Of a stretch of DNA of 64,000 nt, positions 54,639 to 64,000 are shown piece by piece (position 1 is the first letter of the stretch; every line of letters starts with the position of its first letter). Location of the stretch: the IMG/VR virus record IMGVR_UViG_3300028388_003280, positions 32,001 to 96,000 of that record, one strand, 5' to 3'. Origin of the DNA: a virus. Below the pieces are notes generated by a model. That model made no database searches and was not told where the DNA came from. It worked only from the letters and a program-made list of their open reading frames with translations. Both the position numbers and the translations under genes were made by a program.

Positions 54639-56910
54639 CTATACAGTTCAGACAGGGAGGTGAGACATGACGAGCAAGATGAGCCCCAGCCAGCGCGGGA
54701 TCGCCAACACGATTCAGAAGACGCTGGACAAGTATGTGGGCTACGAGACCACGGTGCACAGCGCCGACGGTTCCGATTTCCGCACGGGCGAGCTGCGCGA
54801 GTTGCTGCACGAGCGTGAGAACGGCTTGAAGCTCTTCTATGTCCGCGACGAAAGCAATCCGAATCAGGCGGCCGTGTTCACGGCGCACAACGTGTCACAT
54901 GTCGGCGCGCACGGTGAGAACATCTATCTCTGCGAGGTGGAGTGATATGAAGACGACCCAGTTTCCGCGCGACGAGAAGCGCGTGCACATGACGGATCTG
55001 CGCGATGGTCGCGAGTTCACCATCGTTCTCGCGATGGAGCAGCAGCCGACGATGCAGTGGGTTGAGTACATCGCGCTCACGGAGCACGATTGCCCTCGCG
55101 GTTCATGGCGCGCCACGACGCGTCACTATCGCGACGGTGTGGAGCAGCACCCGTACGAGCTCATCGCCTTCAACGACGAGTGTGCGAAGCGCGGCGTGAA
55201 GCCGTGGCCGGTTCCGACCGTGTGACAGAGCTGCCCCTCGCGTATGCGAGGGGTGAGGCCCAGCTCTAACGAAAGGCAGATCAATGGATCTGAAGGTGCG
55301 CAACAACGGCTACAAGGTTGACTTGTATGTTCCGTACGAAGAGTACTATCCCTACTGCAGTATGGTCGATGACGGCGATGCTACGGCTGCAGAGATGCAG
55401 ACGGCCGCGGATCACATCACGGCCACCATCATCAAGGCTGCCGCGAGTGGCGATCGCTTCCGCGACAGCTACGACCGCATCACGAAAGTTCTGTACAGCT
55501 ACGGTCGGCTCGGTTTTGCCGACAGTGAGGGCTGTGCTGTGGTGGACGACATCTGCCGCATGATTTGGGGCAACGAAGCGAAGGAGTGGATCGGATGAGG
55601 TACGTCGGTGGAACGACGCGGTATGTGAACGAGCATGCCCGCACGAGAGTCATCACGAACTTTCTGTTGGAGTCGATGGACGATGGCCTACTTGCGCCTC
55701 GCGACTTGGCGGAGATGGCGTTGCAGTACATGAGCGAAGACGAGGTTGCGGACATGGCCCGTAGCAACGATCTTCTCGTGGATCTGGAGGAATACGATGA
55801 GGGACTTTGATACGCGTTTCGGTGGCAGCCCGTCTGCCGCACTCAACAAGCACGCGGACGATTGCGCTCGTGAGGCGTTCGGCCGCACGAAGGGCGATGC
55901 CCACCGTGGTGGCACGTGCATCAAGTGCAACGAGAGCGTGCGTGCGGACTTCAATCTGATCGGTGGATCCGGCCAGCTGCGTCCGGGCGACATCTACTCG
56001 CCCGAGGGGCTGAAGGAATACGGTATCAGCGGGCTCTGCGAGTACTGCTGGGACAATCTGTTCGCAGACGACGAGGAGGACGACAATGAGTGATCGCCTG
56101 TATTGGACGCCCACGCGGTGCCGCAAGGTCACGGAAGCGTGGCAGAAAGAAGTGAATGGCATTCAGCCGGAGGTGGTCATCCAGTGGATCTGCCGCGAGA
56201 CCGGCATGAAGCATGTCTCGTCGCCTCGCCAGTTGACGAACGCCACGCTGATGTTCTACGACGAGGAGTTCGGCGAGTTCTACGCGCTCTACCTGCACAG
56301 CGGCTACGTCCGCCGCGCGATTGGCGCATGGTACGGTTCGCATCGCATCGATGTGGATTGGAGCGTCGACAAGTTCAAGGTTCAGTGGTACCAGCTGAAC
56401 AAGAAGAAGACGGACCTGAAGTGTCACGAGTGGACCACTCCTAGTGGCGAGAAGCGTGAGAGCTGGTGGCGCAGCGTGAAGCGCATCCGCATGCCCTACA
56501 ACGCTCACGACATGGCTCAGACCATCGTTCGTGCACACAAGATTCGCCACCATCGCAACTACGTGAACGAGCGGGGCTTCGTCTGGCCGCTTTCTCGCGA
56601 CCAGTGGGGCACCGATCCGGCTAAGGAACGCAGGGAGTTGAGCATCTGATGGCTAAGGACTATACGATCACGACCGAACACATCACTCGCATCTGGCTTG
56701 AGGAGTCCGGCGAATGCTGGGAAGTGAAGCCGGATGACGACCATGGCGATCTCGTGCAGATCAACTATTTCAGTCAGGGCACCGCGGTACAGTCGCCAGA
56801 CTCGACGTTCGTGCTGATGCCCGAAGTTGCAGAGCATTTGTGGTGTGTCCTGCGCGATGCTGCCATCCAGGCGCGGGCCGTGCAGCGACAGATGGAAGGG
56901 GAGAGCAAGA

Positions 56911-57135
56911 ATGGCTAAGAAGGTCAAGACTCGCGCCAAGAAGGCGCCTGCAACCCGTCGCCTCGCAATCCACGCCATGTGCAAGGAGTGCCTGTATGAT
57001 CCGGAGCAGCCCGGTGGGTGGCGAGGGCAGATTGAGGCATGCACTGCAACCCAGTGCCCCCTCTACAACTTCCGTCCGATGAGAATCGCGAGCGAGAAGG
57101 CTCGTGCAGCCTCCAACAAGAAGGCGAAGAAGTGA
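56911..57135 (+). CDS. Small basic Cys4 zinc-finger protein
   Basis: AIHAMCKEC...C....CPLY.FRP. Confidence 0.7.
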   Translation: MAKKVKTRAKKAPATRRLAIHAMCKECLYDPEQPGGWRGQIEACTATQCPLYNFRPMRIASEKARAASNKKAKK

Positions 57136-58258
57136 GCAAGGTTTGGATCCTGTACGGCGTCACGTATGATAGAGTTGAGCGCACGCTTGGCGTCTACGCA
57201 TCACACGATGCCGTGATGAAAGCTATGGCCGAGTGTGAAGAAGAGCTCGGCGGCGACACCTTTGTCGAGTTCTACTGGGTCGATGAGGAGGTTTTGACAT
57301 GACCGTCTACGCGCTGATCGGAACTTGGTTCTACGAGGGCGACACTGTGATCGCCCTCTACGCAACAAGGGATGCAGCTGAGGCTGCTAAGAAACGTGAG
57401 GTTGAGGGTGCGATCCACCCGTACGACCAGTATCGCATCGATGCCATGGAGGTCCAGTCATGATGATTATCGCTCACGAGGTCCGCGCCTGTGGTCGTGA
57501 TACGGCGAACCAGACGTTCGTCTACACATTCTGGGCTGACGACGGCACCATCCTCCAGGAGATTGAGGGGGACATCCTCTTGATCGGCGACATCAACAAG
57601 GGCATGTGTGGCGTTGGTACGATCACCACACCGCCCAACACCAACATGTATTGCGACGCCATCGACGACTATTGGGCTGACATCGACGGCGAAGTCAACC
57701 GTGCACGGGAGGATTACAGGGTATGAACACCCCGAGCTTCAACTTGACCTTCCTCGAGCTCGCTGCAATCCTTGAAGAAGAGCGGATCGAGGAAGGCCAG
57801 CGCATCTACAAGGCGATCAAAGAAAAGGCAAACTTCCGTGGGTGGCACACATGGGACATTCCGTCGCGTGAGCCGTACATCGACATCAACGAGTCTGTGC
57901 TCAAAGAAATCTGTGGCATCGAGGAGGATGAAGACACCGATGAGTAAGCGGATCACCAAGAAGCAGCTCGAGACGATGGAGAAGTTCTTACGCAGGCGGC
58001 CCCGCAACGCAACGGACCTTATCAAGGAGACAGGCGGAGAGTATCTGCCAATCCTGCGGAAGCTGAACGAGACTACGCCCGTGCTCGCAACACAGATCTT
58101 TGACAACGGCACGAGATTCATGTATTGGGTGGCGCCCAAGCGTATGGGTAAGAATTGGCGTCGCACTTACGGCCGCCTGCAGGTGCCGCATGACTACGAC
58201 CTAACCATCGCAGACTTCAGCCCAACGGGCCGCACAAACACTTCGCCTTTCGCGTAAG

Positions 58259-58288
58259 GTGTGCAACCGCAACGGTTTAGGGTAGGAT
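58259..58288 (+). promoter_or_regulatory. sigma70-type promoter, probably leaderless transcript
   Basis: GTGTGCA-N14-GGG-TAGGAT; ATG 6 nt downstream. Confidence 0.7.
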
Positions 58289-58959
58289 TGATCCATGACG
58301 TTGAGCAACAAGAACCCCGTTCCGAAATCTTGGTTGGCTATAGAGCCCACCAATGAATCGTATTCAGTCGTGCGCTGCTACCCGGATTCCGTCCGTGTTG
58401 AGCCAGTCCGCGACAAGTTCAGAACGATGGAGGCCGCTGCGGCTTTCATTTCCAAGCAGACTACGGCCTTCGGCCACAACGCAGAGGTTGATTGATGAAC
58501 AAGCCCCAGTGGAAGCACGGAACCTACGAGGACGCCAACGGCACCAGCCTGCAGGGCTACCTCAACATCTCGTACGATGAGCTCAAGGCTGCGTTCGGCG
58601 AGCCTGAGTCGGGCGATGGTTACAAAGTGGATGCCGAATGGATCTTCTTGGTTGCAGATGGTATCACTGACACGCCGTCCGGTTTGGAGCCGGTGACGAT
58701 CTACAACTGGAAGAATGGTCCAAGGTTCTCGGACTTGAGAACGCAGAAAGTGTAGGGTGGCCGACATGATTGAAGGTGGCTACATCAGCGTTTCGTGTGA
58801 CGAGTGTGGACACGAAGAAGAGCTCCCACTCGACGATTTCATGCTCGCAACGGGCTACGACTACAGTTTCGGTCTCGACAACGGTGATGTCAACGGTGAC
58901 ATTGAGTGGGTCGAACATGAGGGGCGGCACCTCTGTCTTTCCTGCCGCGAAGGAGAAGA

Positions 58960-59232
58960 ATGATGAATCGTTTGAAGCGGGTTGCCGCTCTGTCCGTCCT
59001 TGTTCTGTTCGCAGGCTGTGCCTCTCAACAGGCTGGCTGCAAGAGCATGCAGTCCAGTGTTTCTGGACTGGATCGTGTCGTGACCCTGTATGACTGCAAT
59101 GGTGGAGTCATCAAGACGTACGAAGGCCGCATGCTGGTTGGTGATACCAACAACGGCGGCGGCATTTACATTGACATCGTCGGGAAGCAGCGCATCTTCA
59201 TCGACGGCACTTACACTGTGGAGGAGAAGTGA
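58960..59232 (+). CDS. Small predicted lipoprotein
   Basis: Basic N-terminus, hydrophobic core, FAGC lipobox. Confidence 0.7.
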   Translation: MMNRLKRVAALSVLVLFAGCASQQAGCKSMQSSVSGLDRVVTLYDCNGGVIKTYEGRMLVGDTNNGGGIYIDIVGKQRIFIDGTYTVEEK

Positions 59233-59627
59233 TGCATCTGGACCTCAATCCCCAACTTGACAACCTCATGCACATCCGGCAGCAGCTGGAAGGAATTGCC
59301 GAAAAGCTCGGCGAAGTCAGCGAGTGGGATTCTCTCACTGACCTTGAATACAAGCTGGAAGCACTCGACGGTTTTGCGCACGAGCTTGAAGAGCATGCTA
59401 ATGCGCTCGAGGACACTGTCGGCGAGATTGGTGACGAGCTGGACGAATTCAACAATGACGAAGATGTGGATGAAGAGCTCGAAGAAGTAGCTTTGAATAT
59501 CAACCCTTCAATCTGGGCTGAGCACCAGACTCCACATGGTTGCATTGCCAATAGACTCCTCAGGATTGAGAAGTATCTTGGACTGCATGATGAGTAGTCC
59601 GCTCATTTAGAGTGAGTGGCATGAAGT

Positions 59628-59664
59628 GAGGGAGCAAGCTGTACGGCCTGCTCCCTCTCTCTTA
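59628..59664 (+). terminator. Terminator-like hairpin
   Basis: GAGGGAGCA / TGCTCCCTC, then a pyrimidine tract. Confidence 0.65.
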
Positions 59665-59809
59665 CTTATACACCCACAACGAGTCTGTTCGATAGAACAT
59701 ATCTTGCTCGACAGTGCTGAATCTCGCTCATGCGAAAAAAGTCCGTATGCTCTTCTTACCAAACCCTATAGGTATTTAGAAGAGACCATAGGCGGTTACG
59801 GAACTAGCA

Positions 59810-60109
59810 ATGAGACATATCAGAATACCACCAGGCCCGCGTAGATCGCGGATTCGCAAATCGGAGATAGTCAAGGTTGTCGACAACACGCCGGCGCCAC
59901 TGGATCCACAAGAGGCGATTGCATATCACCTCGAGCAGGTCAAGCAGATCATCGCCGACGCAGAGTCGGTATTTACTGCAAAGGACCTCACCGCGATCAA
60001 GCGGTCAATCGCTTCCATTGAAAAGAAGGTAAGCCCAGATGAAGAAGACAGATCCAGCGTACCGCGATCGCGTACGCAAGATGAACAAGATGCTGCTGGG
60101 GGAGACTAG
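59810..60109 (+). CDS. Hypothetical late protein
   Basis: Downstream of GTATTTA at 59772. Confidence 0.55.
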   Translation: MRHIRIPPGPRRSRIRKSEIVKVVDNTPAPLDPQEAIAYHLEQVKQIIADAESVFTAKDLTAIKRSIASIEKKVSPDEEDRSSVPRSRTQDEQDAAGGD

Positions 60110-60962
60110 CCGCTACATCGCTGAGGAGGACACCGAGTATCAGCAGTTTTTTCGCGGCGCATTGGATAAGTACGGAGTTTCTTCCCCTGATGAGCTCGAT
60201 GACGACAAGCGAGACGAGTTTTACAACCACGTCGACAAAAATTGGGACGCTGGCGAGAATGAAACGGATGTCGATGAATCTAGCCAGCTTGGTGGACCGA
60301 AGTCTGGTAGCAGATCAGCCCCAAAGAAGATGGGAAGTCGACCAAAGTCTTGGCCTAAGAAGTCCAAGACCGAATCCGACGACATGGACGGCGACGACGA
60401 AGCGCTTCGTGAAGCAATTCGCGCACTTATTCAGCAGGAGATGCAAGGCGATGATGAGGAGCTAGAAGAAGCCAGTTCCGAGTCGATGGGCTATCGCGTT
60501 TATTGGAAGTCTGCTACGGGCAAAGAAGGGGCCTTGACCGTAAAGGCCTCCAGCGAATCCGCCGCCCGCAAGAAAGCATATGCAGCGGTCAATAAGAAGC
60601 GTGGAGCTCAGCTCATGCGTATTTCGGACATGTCTGCGAACAAAGACGTCCCCCTCAAGGAAGCTAAGGCAACCCAACGTGATAAGGACATTGGAGGCGC
60701 CCCAGGGCGCGGTATCAACGAGTCGATCGCTGACGAGGACTTCGCTAAGTCTGAAGAGCTAGCATCCGAGCTCGCCTATCTCTTTGAAAAGCTCGAAAAG
60801 TTCAGCAAGGAAGTGGATTCTCAGATGTCATCCTTCAACGCTCCAGGCTTCCATGCAATGATGAAGAATGCGTTTTTGGTTGGATTCAAGCGTCAGTCAT
60901 CTGCATTCAATCGGATGGCTGCCATCAAAATTCTTGAGTCCTACATGCAACGCCGCGGGTGA
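60039..60962 (+). CDS. Multi-module putative head/core protein
   Basis: IAE/EDTEYQQFF...YGVSSPDEL module; internal leader-like ALREAIRALIQQE; VDE, LEE, LKE, INE junctions. Confidence 0.7.
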   Translation: MKKTDPAYRDRVRKMNKMLLGETSRYIAEEDTEYQQFFRGALDKYGVSSPDELDDDKRDEFYNHVDKNWDAGENETDVDESSQLGGPKSGSRSAPKKMGSRPKSWPKKSKTESDDMDGDDEALREAIRALIQQEMQGDDEELEEASSESMGYRVYWKSATGKEGALTVKASSESAARKKAYAAVNKKRGAQLMRISDMSANKDVPLKEAKATQRDKDIGGAPGRGINESIADEDFAKSEELASELAYLFEKLEKFSKEVDSQMSSFNAPGFHAMMKNAFLVGFKRQSSAFNRMAAIKILESYMQRRG

Positions 60963-61036
60963 TAAACATACTCACGTCAAAACATCAGCCGGGTCGGTAT
61001 TTACTACCGGCCCGGTTTGTTGCATAGAGGAGTATC

Positions 61037-63451
61037 ATGAACCAGTTGAACAAAGCCTTCCGCGCAGACCTCGAGCGCAAGATCATTCCGTTCCAGCTTA
61101 TCAAGACTAATTACGGATTCTCATCCGCATCTGGCGATGATCTTCTCGCTGTCAACTCTGATCTGCAGCTCCGCGACAAGGGCTTCAGATTGACATCTCT
61201 GGATCAATCTGCAAGCTTTATTGCCATCGCATACCGTCAGCCTGACCCATCGGCCGTTGACCAGTCACTGATCGTTTCCAGTGTTGCAACTTCGCCAATA
61301 GGTGAAACGGAGCTCCGCCTCTATTTGCAGCCCGGCGAAGATCATGTCATTTACGTTATCAGCAACAAGTACAAGGATGGGTTCATTTCGGAGGTCACAG
61401 CCAATGGTCGTCCTGGTCTAGTTGATGAGACAGTCAATCAGGAGGGCGCGCAATCTGAAATTGGCACTCCTGCTGAGCGTCGTCAGGTTTTCAATCTTGG
61501 AAGCAGCACAGATCGTATCGTTGTAGATGGTTTGAACCTGTTTGAGACGACACCTGAGGACGACTGGTATCCGTATGAGGGCAAGTACGAAGCCGAGGGA
61601 CTGCTTTGGGCAGATCCAACGCCACTATTCACAGTCGCCGAGGGCGTCCAACGTCAGAGCTCGTATTCGTATCTCACATACGAGCGAGCCTACCTCGAGT
61701 CGATTGTTACCGACATTGCAAAAGCCTATGGAGTCGACGGTCCAGATGCTCGGCAGTACTTGGGAGACCTCGTCCGTCGTGATCCCCTAGACCTTTCACA
61801 GACTGATCTCACAAACTACTACAATGCTGACAGTCTTCGTGGCTTCCGTGCTCGTCGGGACACAACGCTGACACACCGCAAGTGGCGCGACAATCCGCAG
61901 CTTACTGGCGCAGACCCATCGGCTCAGACCTTGCGTCGTTTGGAGTCACGCAACGGAGCATACGACGAACGATACTTTCAACTGATTGGTAAGGCGCCGT
62001 CAGATCGTAATGAGAATGATCCACATCCAGAGTGGAATTTGAGGGAATCGCTTGAGCAGCATCTCGCCGGCCTGGTTGTTATTTTTGAGTACGTCGTCAG
62101 GCCATACAACACTGGTCCAAGGTCATTTGACCGAGACTTTAACCGCCAGTCGAGCCCTGGTGGACCCTTTTCCAATAGACAATTTGATGAACTTGCCCGC
62201 CGAGTCCGCGCAAGCCAGCGAGTAATCTTTGAGACTCAGGGTCAGAAGGATGCACCGGTGTTGTTTGAGGAAGGCAACACAGTATTTCAGACGATCTCCC
62301 GTATCATATCTGGTCCCAATGATACCAATAATGGCGGTGACCTTATTGAGTACATTTCTGAGCGTGTAAACTACTATGAGACTATGCTTACCGAGCGCTC
62401 CGATTACGGTGGATTGTTCTACGATCCGTTCACTGATAATCCCGATGACTTTAAGGAAGCTCTGCGAATTCAATCACAGGGTGCACTAGGAGCCGCATTT
62501 GCATATGCTGATCGTCGCCTGACGGAAATTGACAACAACATCATTCAGCTCGGCGACTTCGCGTTCATCCCAACACCACAAGGTGCTGACGACGGCGTAC
62601 CTCCACTTGCACATGAAGCAACGTTACAGAATATCCGCTTCCTACGTAACCTGATTGAGGAATCGCATGAGGACCTTTGGCAGCAGACGTCTAACCTGAA
62701 CACGTTTTTGTTGGAGACGATGCTTAATCTGCGTAACAATCTGACGATCGACGTGGCGAGGTCAAACTCAATCACAAACATCACCAACGCTAATCAGGTT
62801 GATCCGTCCCGCGAGATTCAGGTCGTCATCCGAAAGATTGACGAGACAGATTCCGAGTGGCAGCCGCTGATCGGCGAGGTCATCTACCAGGGAAATGGTG
62901 TGTATTCAATGGACATCGGATACCTCCAGGATCCAGGCAAGTATGCTGTGATGATCCGACCAAAGCCAATCGAGATTGCCATCAACAGGATCACGGGTGA
63001 GGGTATCGTAGCTACACCGAGCCTTGCAGATTACCAGGCTGACAACTACTTCTACGGGTGGAATATTGAGTTCTCCCAAGCTGGCGCACAAGGTTTGCCA
63101 CTGGGCGATCAGCGTGTTATCGTTGGATCCAAGTTCTCATCTCAGGCGACCGAGCTACTAATCAGTCCGGTCATTGAGGCATCGCCAGATTTCATTGAGC
63201 AGTCTGTTGCTCGTATCTGGTCCAACAAGTTCACGCCTGTCATGATCGACCTGGACCTCACCGAGTATGATCTTGAGACATTGGCATATGCAAACTATGC
63301 AAAGCGCGAGTTCAACCGCGAGAACGGTGTCTTGACGCTGTATCGCTTTGACGGATCGGTCTACAAGACCTGGGCCCTGGGCGAGCGTGCAAACCCTGAC
63401 GACAGGTTCAGGCCTATTGAGTTCAGGCTACCACTAAACGGCGGTGAATGA
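61037..63451 (+). CDS. Large putative virion structural protein
   Basis: 804 aa; GAGGAG RBS; follows TATTTA. Confidence 0.6.
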   Translation: MNQLNKAFRADLERKIIPFQLIKTNYGFSSASGDDLLAVNSDLQLRDKGFRLTSLDQSASFIAIAYRQPDPSAVDQSLIVSSVATSPIGETELRLYLQPGEDHVIYVISNKYKDGFISEVTANGRPGLVDETVNQEGAQSEIGTPAERRQVFNLGSSTDRIVVDGLNLFETTPEDDWYPYEGKYEAEGLLWADPTPLFTVAEGVQRQSSYSYLTYERAYLESIVTDIAKAYGVDGPDARQYLGDLVRRDPLDLSQTDLTNYYNADSLRGFRARRDTTLTHRKWRDNPQLTGADPSAQTLRRLESRNGAYDERYFQLIGKAPSDRNENDPHPEWNLRESLEQHLAGLVVIFEYVVRPYNTGPRSFDRDFNRQSSPGGPFSNRQFDELARRVRASQRVIFETQGQKDAPVLFEEGNTVFQTISRIISGPNDTNNGGDLIEYISERVNYYETMLTERSDYGGLFYDPFTDNPDDFKEALRIQSQGALGAAFAYADRRLTEIDNNIIQLGDFAFIPTPQGADDGVPPLAHEATLQNIRFLRNLIEESHEDLWQQTSNLNTFLLETMLNLRNNLTIDVARSNSITNITNANQVDPSREIQVVIRKIDETDSEWQPLIGEVIYQGNGVYSMDIGYLQDPGKYAVMIRPKPIEIAINRITGEGIVATPSLADYQADNYFYGWNIEFSQAGAQGLPLGDQRVIVGSKFSSQATELLISPVIEASPDFIEQSVARIWSNKFTPVMIDLDLTEYDLETLAYANYAKREFNRENGVLTLYRFDGSVYKTWALGERANPDDRFRPIEFRLPLNGGE

Positions 63452-64000
63452 TGGCTGAGCGAATCGACAACCTCGGTTCAGCAGATGAGTTTGGATTCCA
63501 GCTCAACAAGCCTCAGCCTCCGAGCACGACGAAGAAGGTTGATCTTTCGGAGCTTCAGGATGAGCCTACGTCTTCCCGTGCGTGGACGCTTGAAGATCTC
63601 ACATCAGGCACAACATACACGGCTGCAACGGAAGCTTTGCCACAGGTCAAAGACCCGGTTGAGCTGGATCTAAACTACAACGATACGCAGTCTTTGGCAC
63701 TTTTCGGGTCAGTTTACACCCGTGTGGCAATTGCTATTCAGCGCGTCAAGGATGAGTACCCAAACGGATTTCTAGTCACATCGTTTGACGCGGGTCCACC
63801 ACTCACAATTCCAACGTCAGGCCTAACAGATCCTGACGGTGGTGCTATCGCAAACTTTGATCCGACCAATGTCCGCGATTGGGAGCCGTATGAGTTTGTT
63901 GTGTTTTCTGCAGATCAGGTCTTGACAGCACATAAGATCTTGAGCATCACGGCAACTGCTACGGAGACATCGTTTACGCTGGTTGGTGACCCAGATCTGG
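63448..64000 (+). CDS. 5' part of a putative baseplate/structural protein (partial)
   Basis: Open to window end; LALFGSVYTRV...I...YP. Confidence 0.55.
   Translation, partial: MMAERIDNLGSADEFGFQLNKPQPPSTTKKVDLSELQDEPTSSRAWTLEDLTSGTTYTAATEALPQVKDPVELDLNYNDTQSLALFGSVYTRVAIAIQRVKDEYPNGFLVTSFDAGPPLTIPTSGLTDPDGGAIANFDPTNVRDWEPYEFVVFSADQVLTAHKILSITATATETSFTLVGDPDL

Larger units (their letters stand above)
54667..59597 (+). other. Second array of about 18 small early ORFs
   Basis: Starts at 54667, 54947, 55284, 55595, 55797, 56086, 56649, 56911, 57132, 57299, 57460, 57723, 57940, 58295, 58492, 58757, 58960, 59229; strong SD sites and ATGA coupling. Confidence 0.75.

Noticed and set aside
52669-54660. 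tRNA or tmRNA genes in the intergenic tracts
   Set aside because: No cloverleaf with a T-loop GTTCRA and acceptor stem found by eye; tRNAscan-SE or Aragorn would be decisive
58492-58773. Amber readthrough at 58753 (KV*GG)
   Set aside because: Readthrough would add only five residues before TGA; simple truncation is as likely
1-64000. Stop-codon reassignment, as in some large phages
   Set aside because: Long conserved genes are intact in code 11, and TAA, TAG and TGA all end genes at coupled junctions

Overview
Window from a large lytic tailed dsDNA phage (myovirus-like, distantly T4-like gene logic). It uses the standard genetic code and nearly all genes are on the + strand. Contents: (i) 0.1-4.9 kb replication and nucleotide block (gp2-like end protector, dNMP kinase, dUTPase, family B DNA polymerase, dCMP deaminase). 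(ii) Several blocks of putative head-packaged proteins that share N-terminal leaders (MKKSELRQxIREE and related) ending in (I/L/V)-x-E, including a restriction-like nuclease and a HIGH-nucleotidyltransferase/ligase-fold fusion. (iii) A 14.2-24.7 kb glycosyltransferase/methyltransferase/aminotransferase cluster ending in a T4 gp42-like dCMP hydroxymethylase, followed by a GIY-YIG homing endonuclease. (iv) HAD nucleotidase, two more glycosyltransferases, a gp55-like sigma factor and baseplate genes. (v) Two arrays of tiny early ORFs flanking a mostly non-coding 52.7-54.6 kb region with IHF-like palindromes, sigma54-type boxes and direct repeats. Two promoter classes are readable directly: GTGTRCA-N14-TGG-TAnnnT and (G/A)TATTTA. 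No CRISPR array, tRNA or rRNA was recognised. All family calls are from motif recognition by eye, not from database searches.
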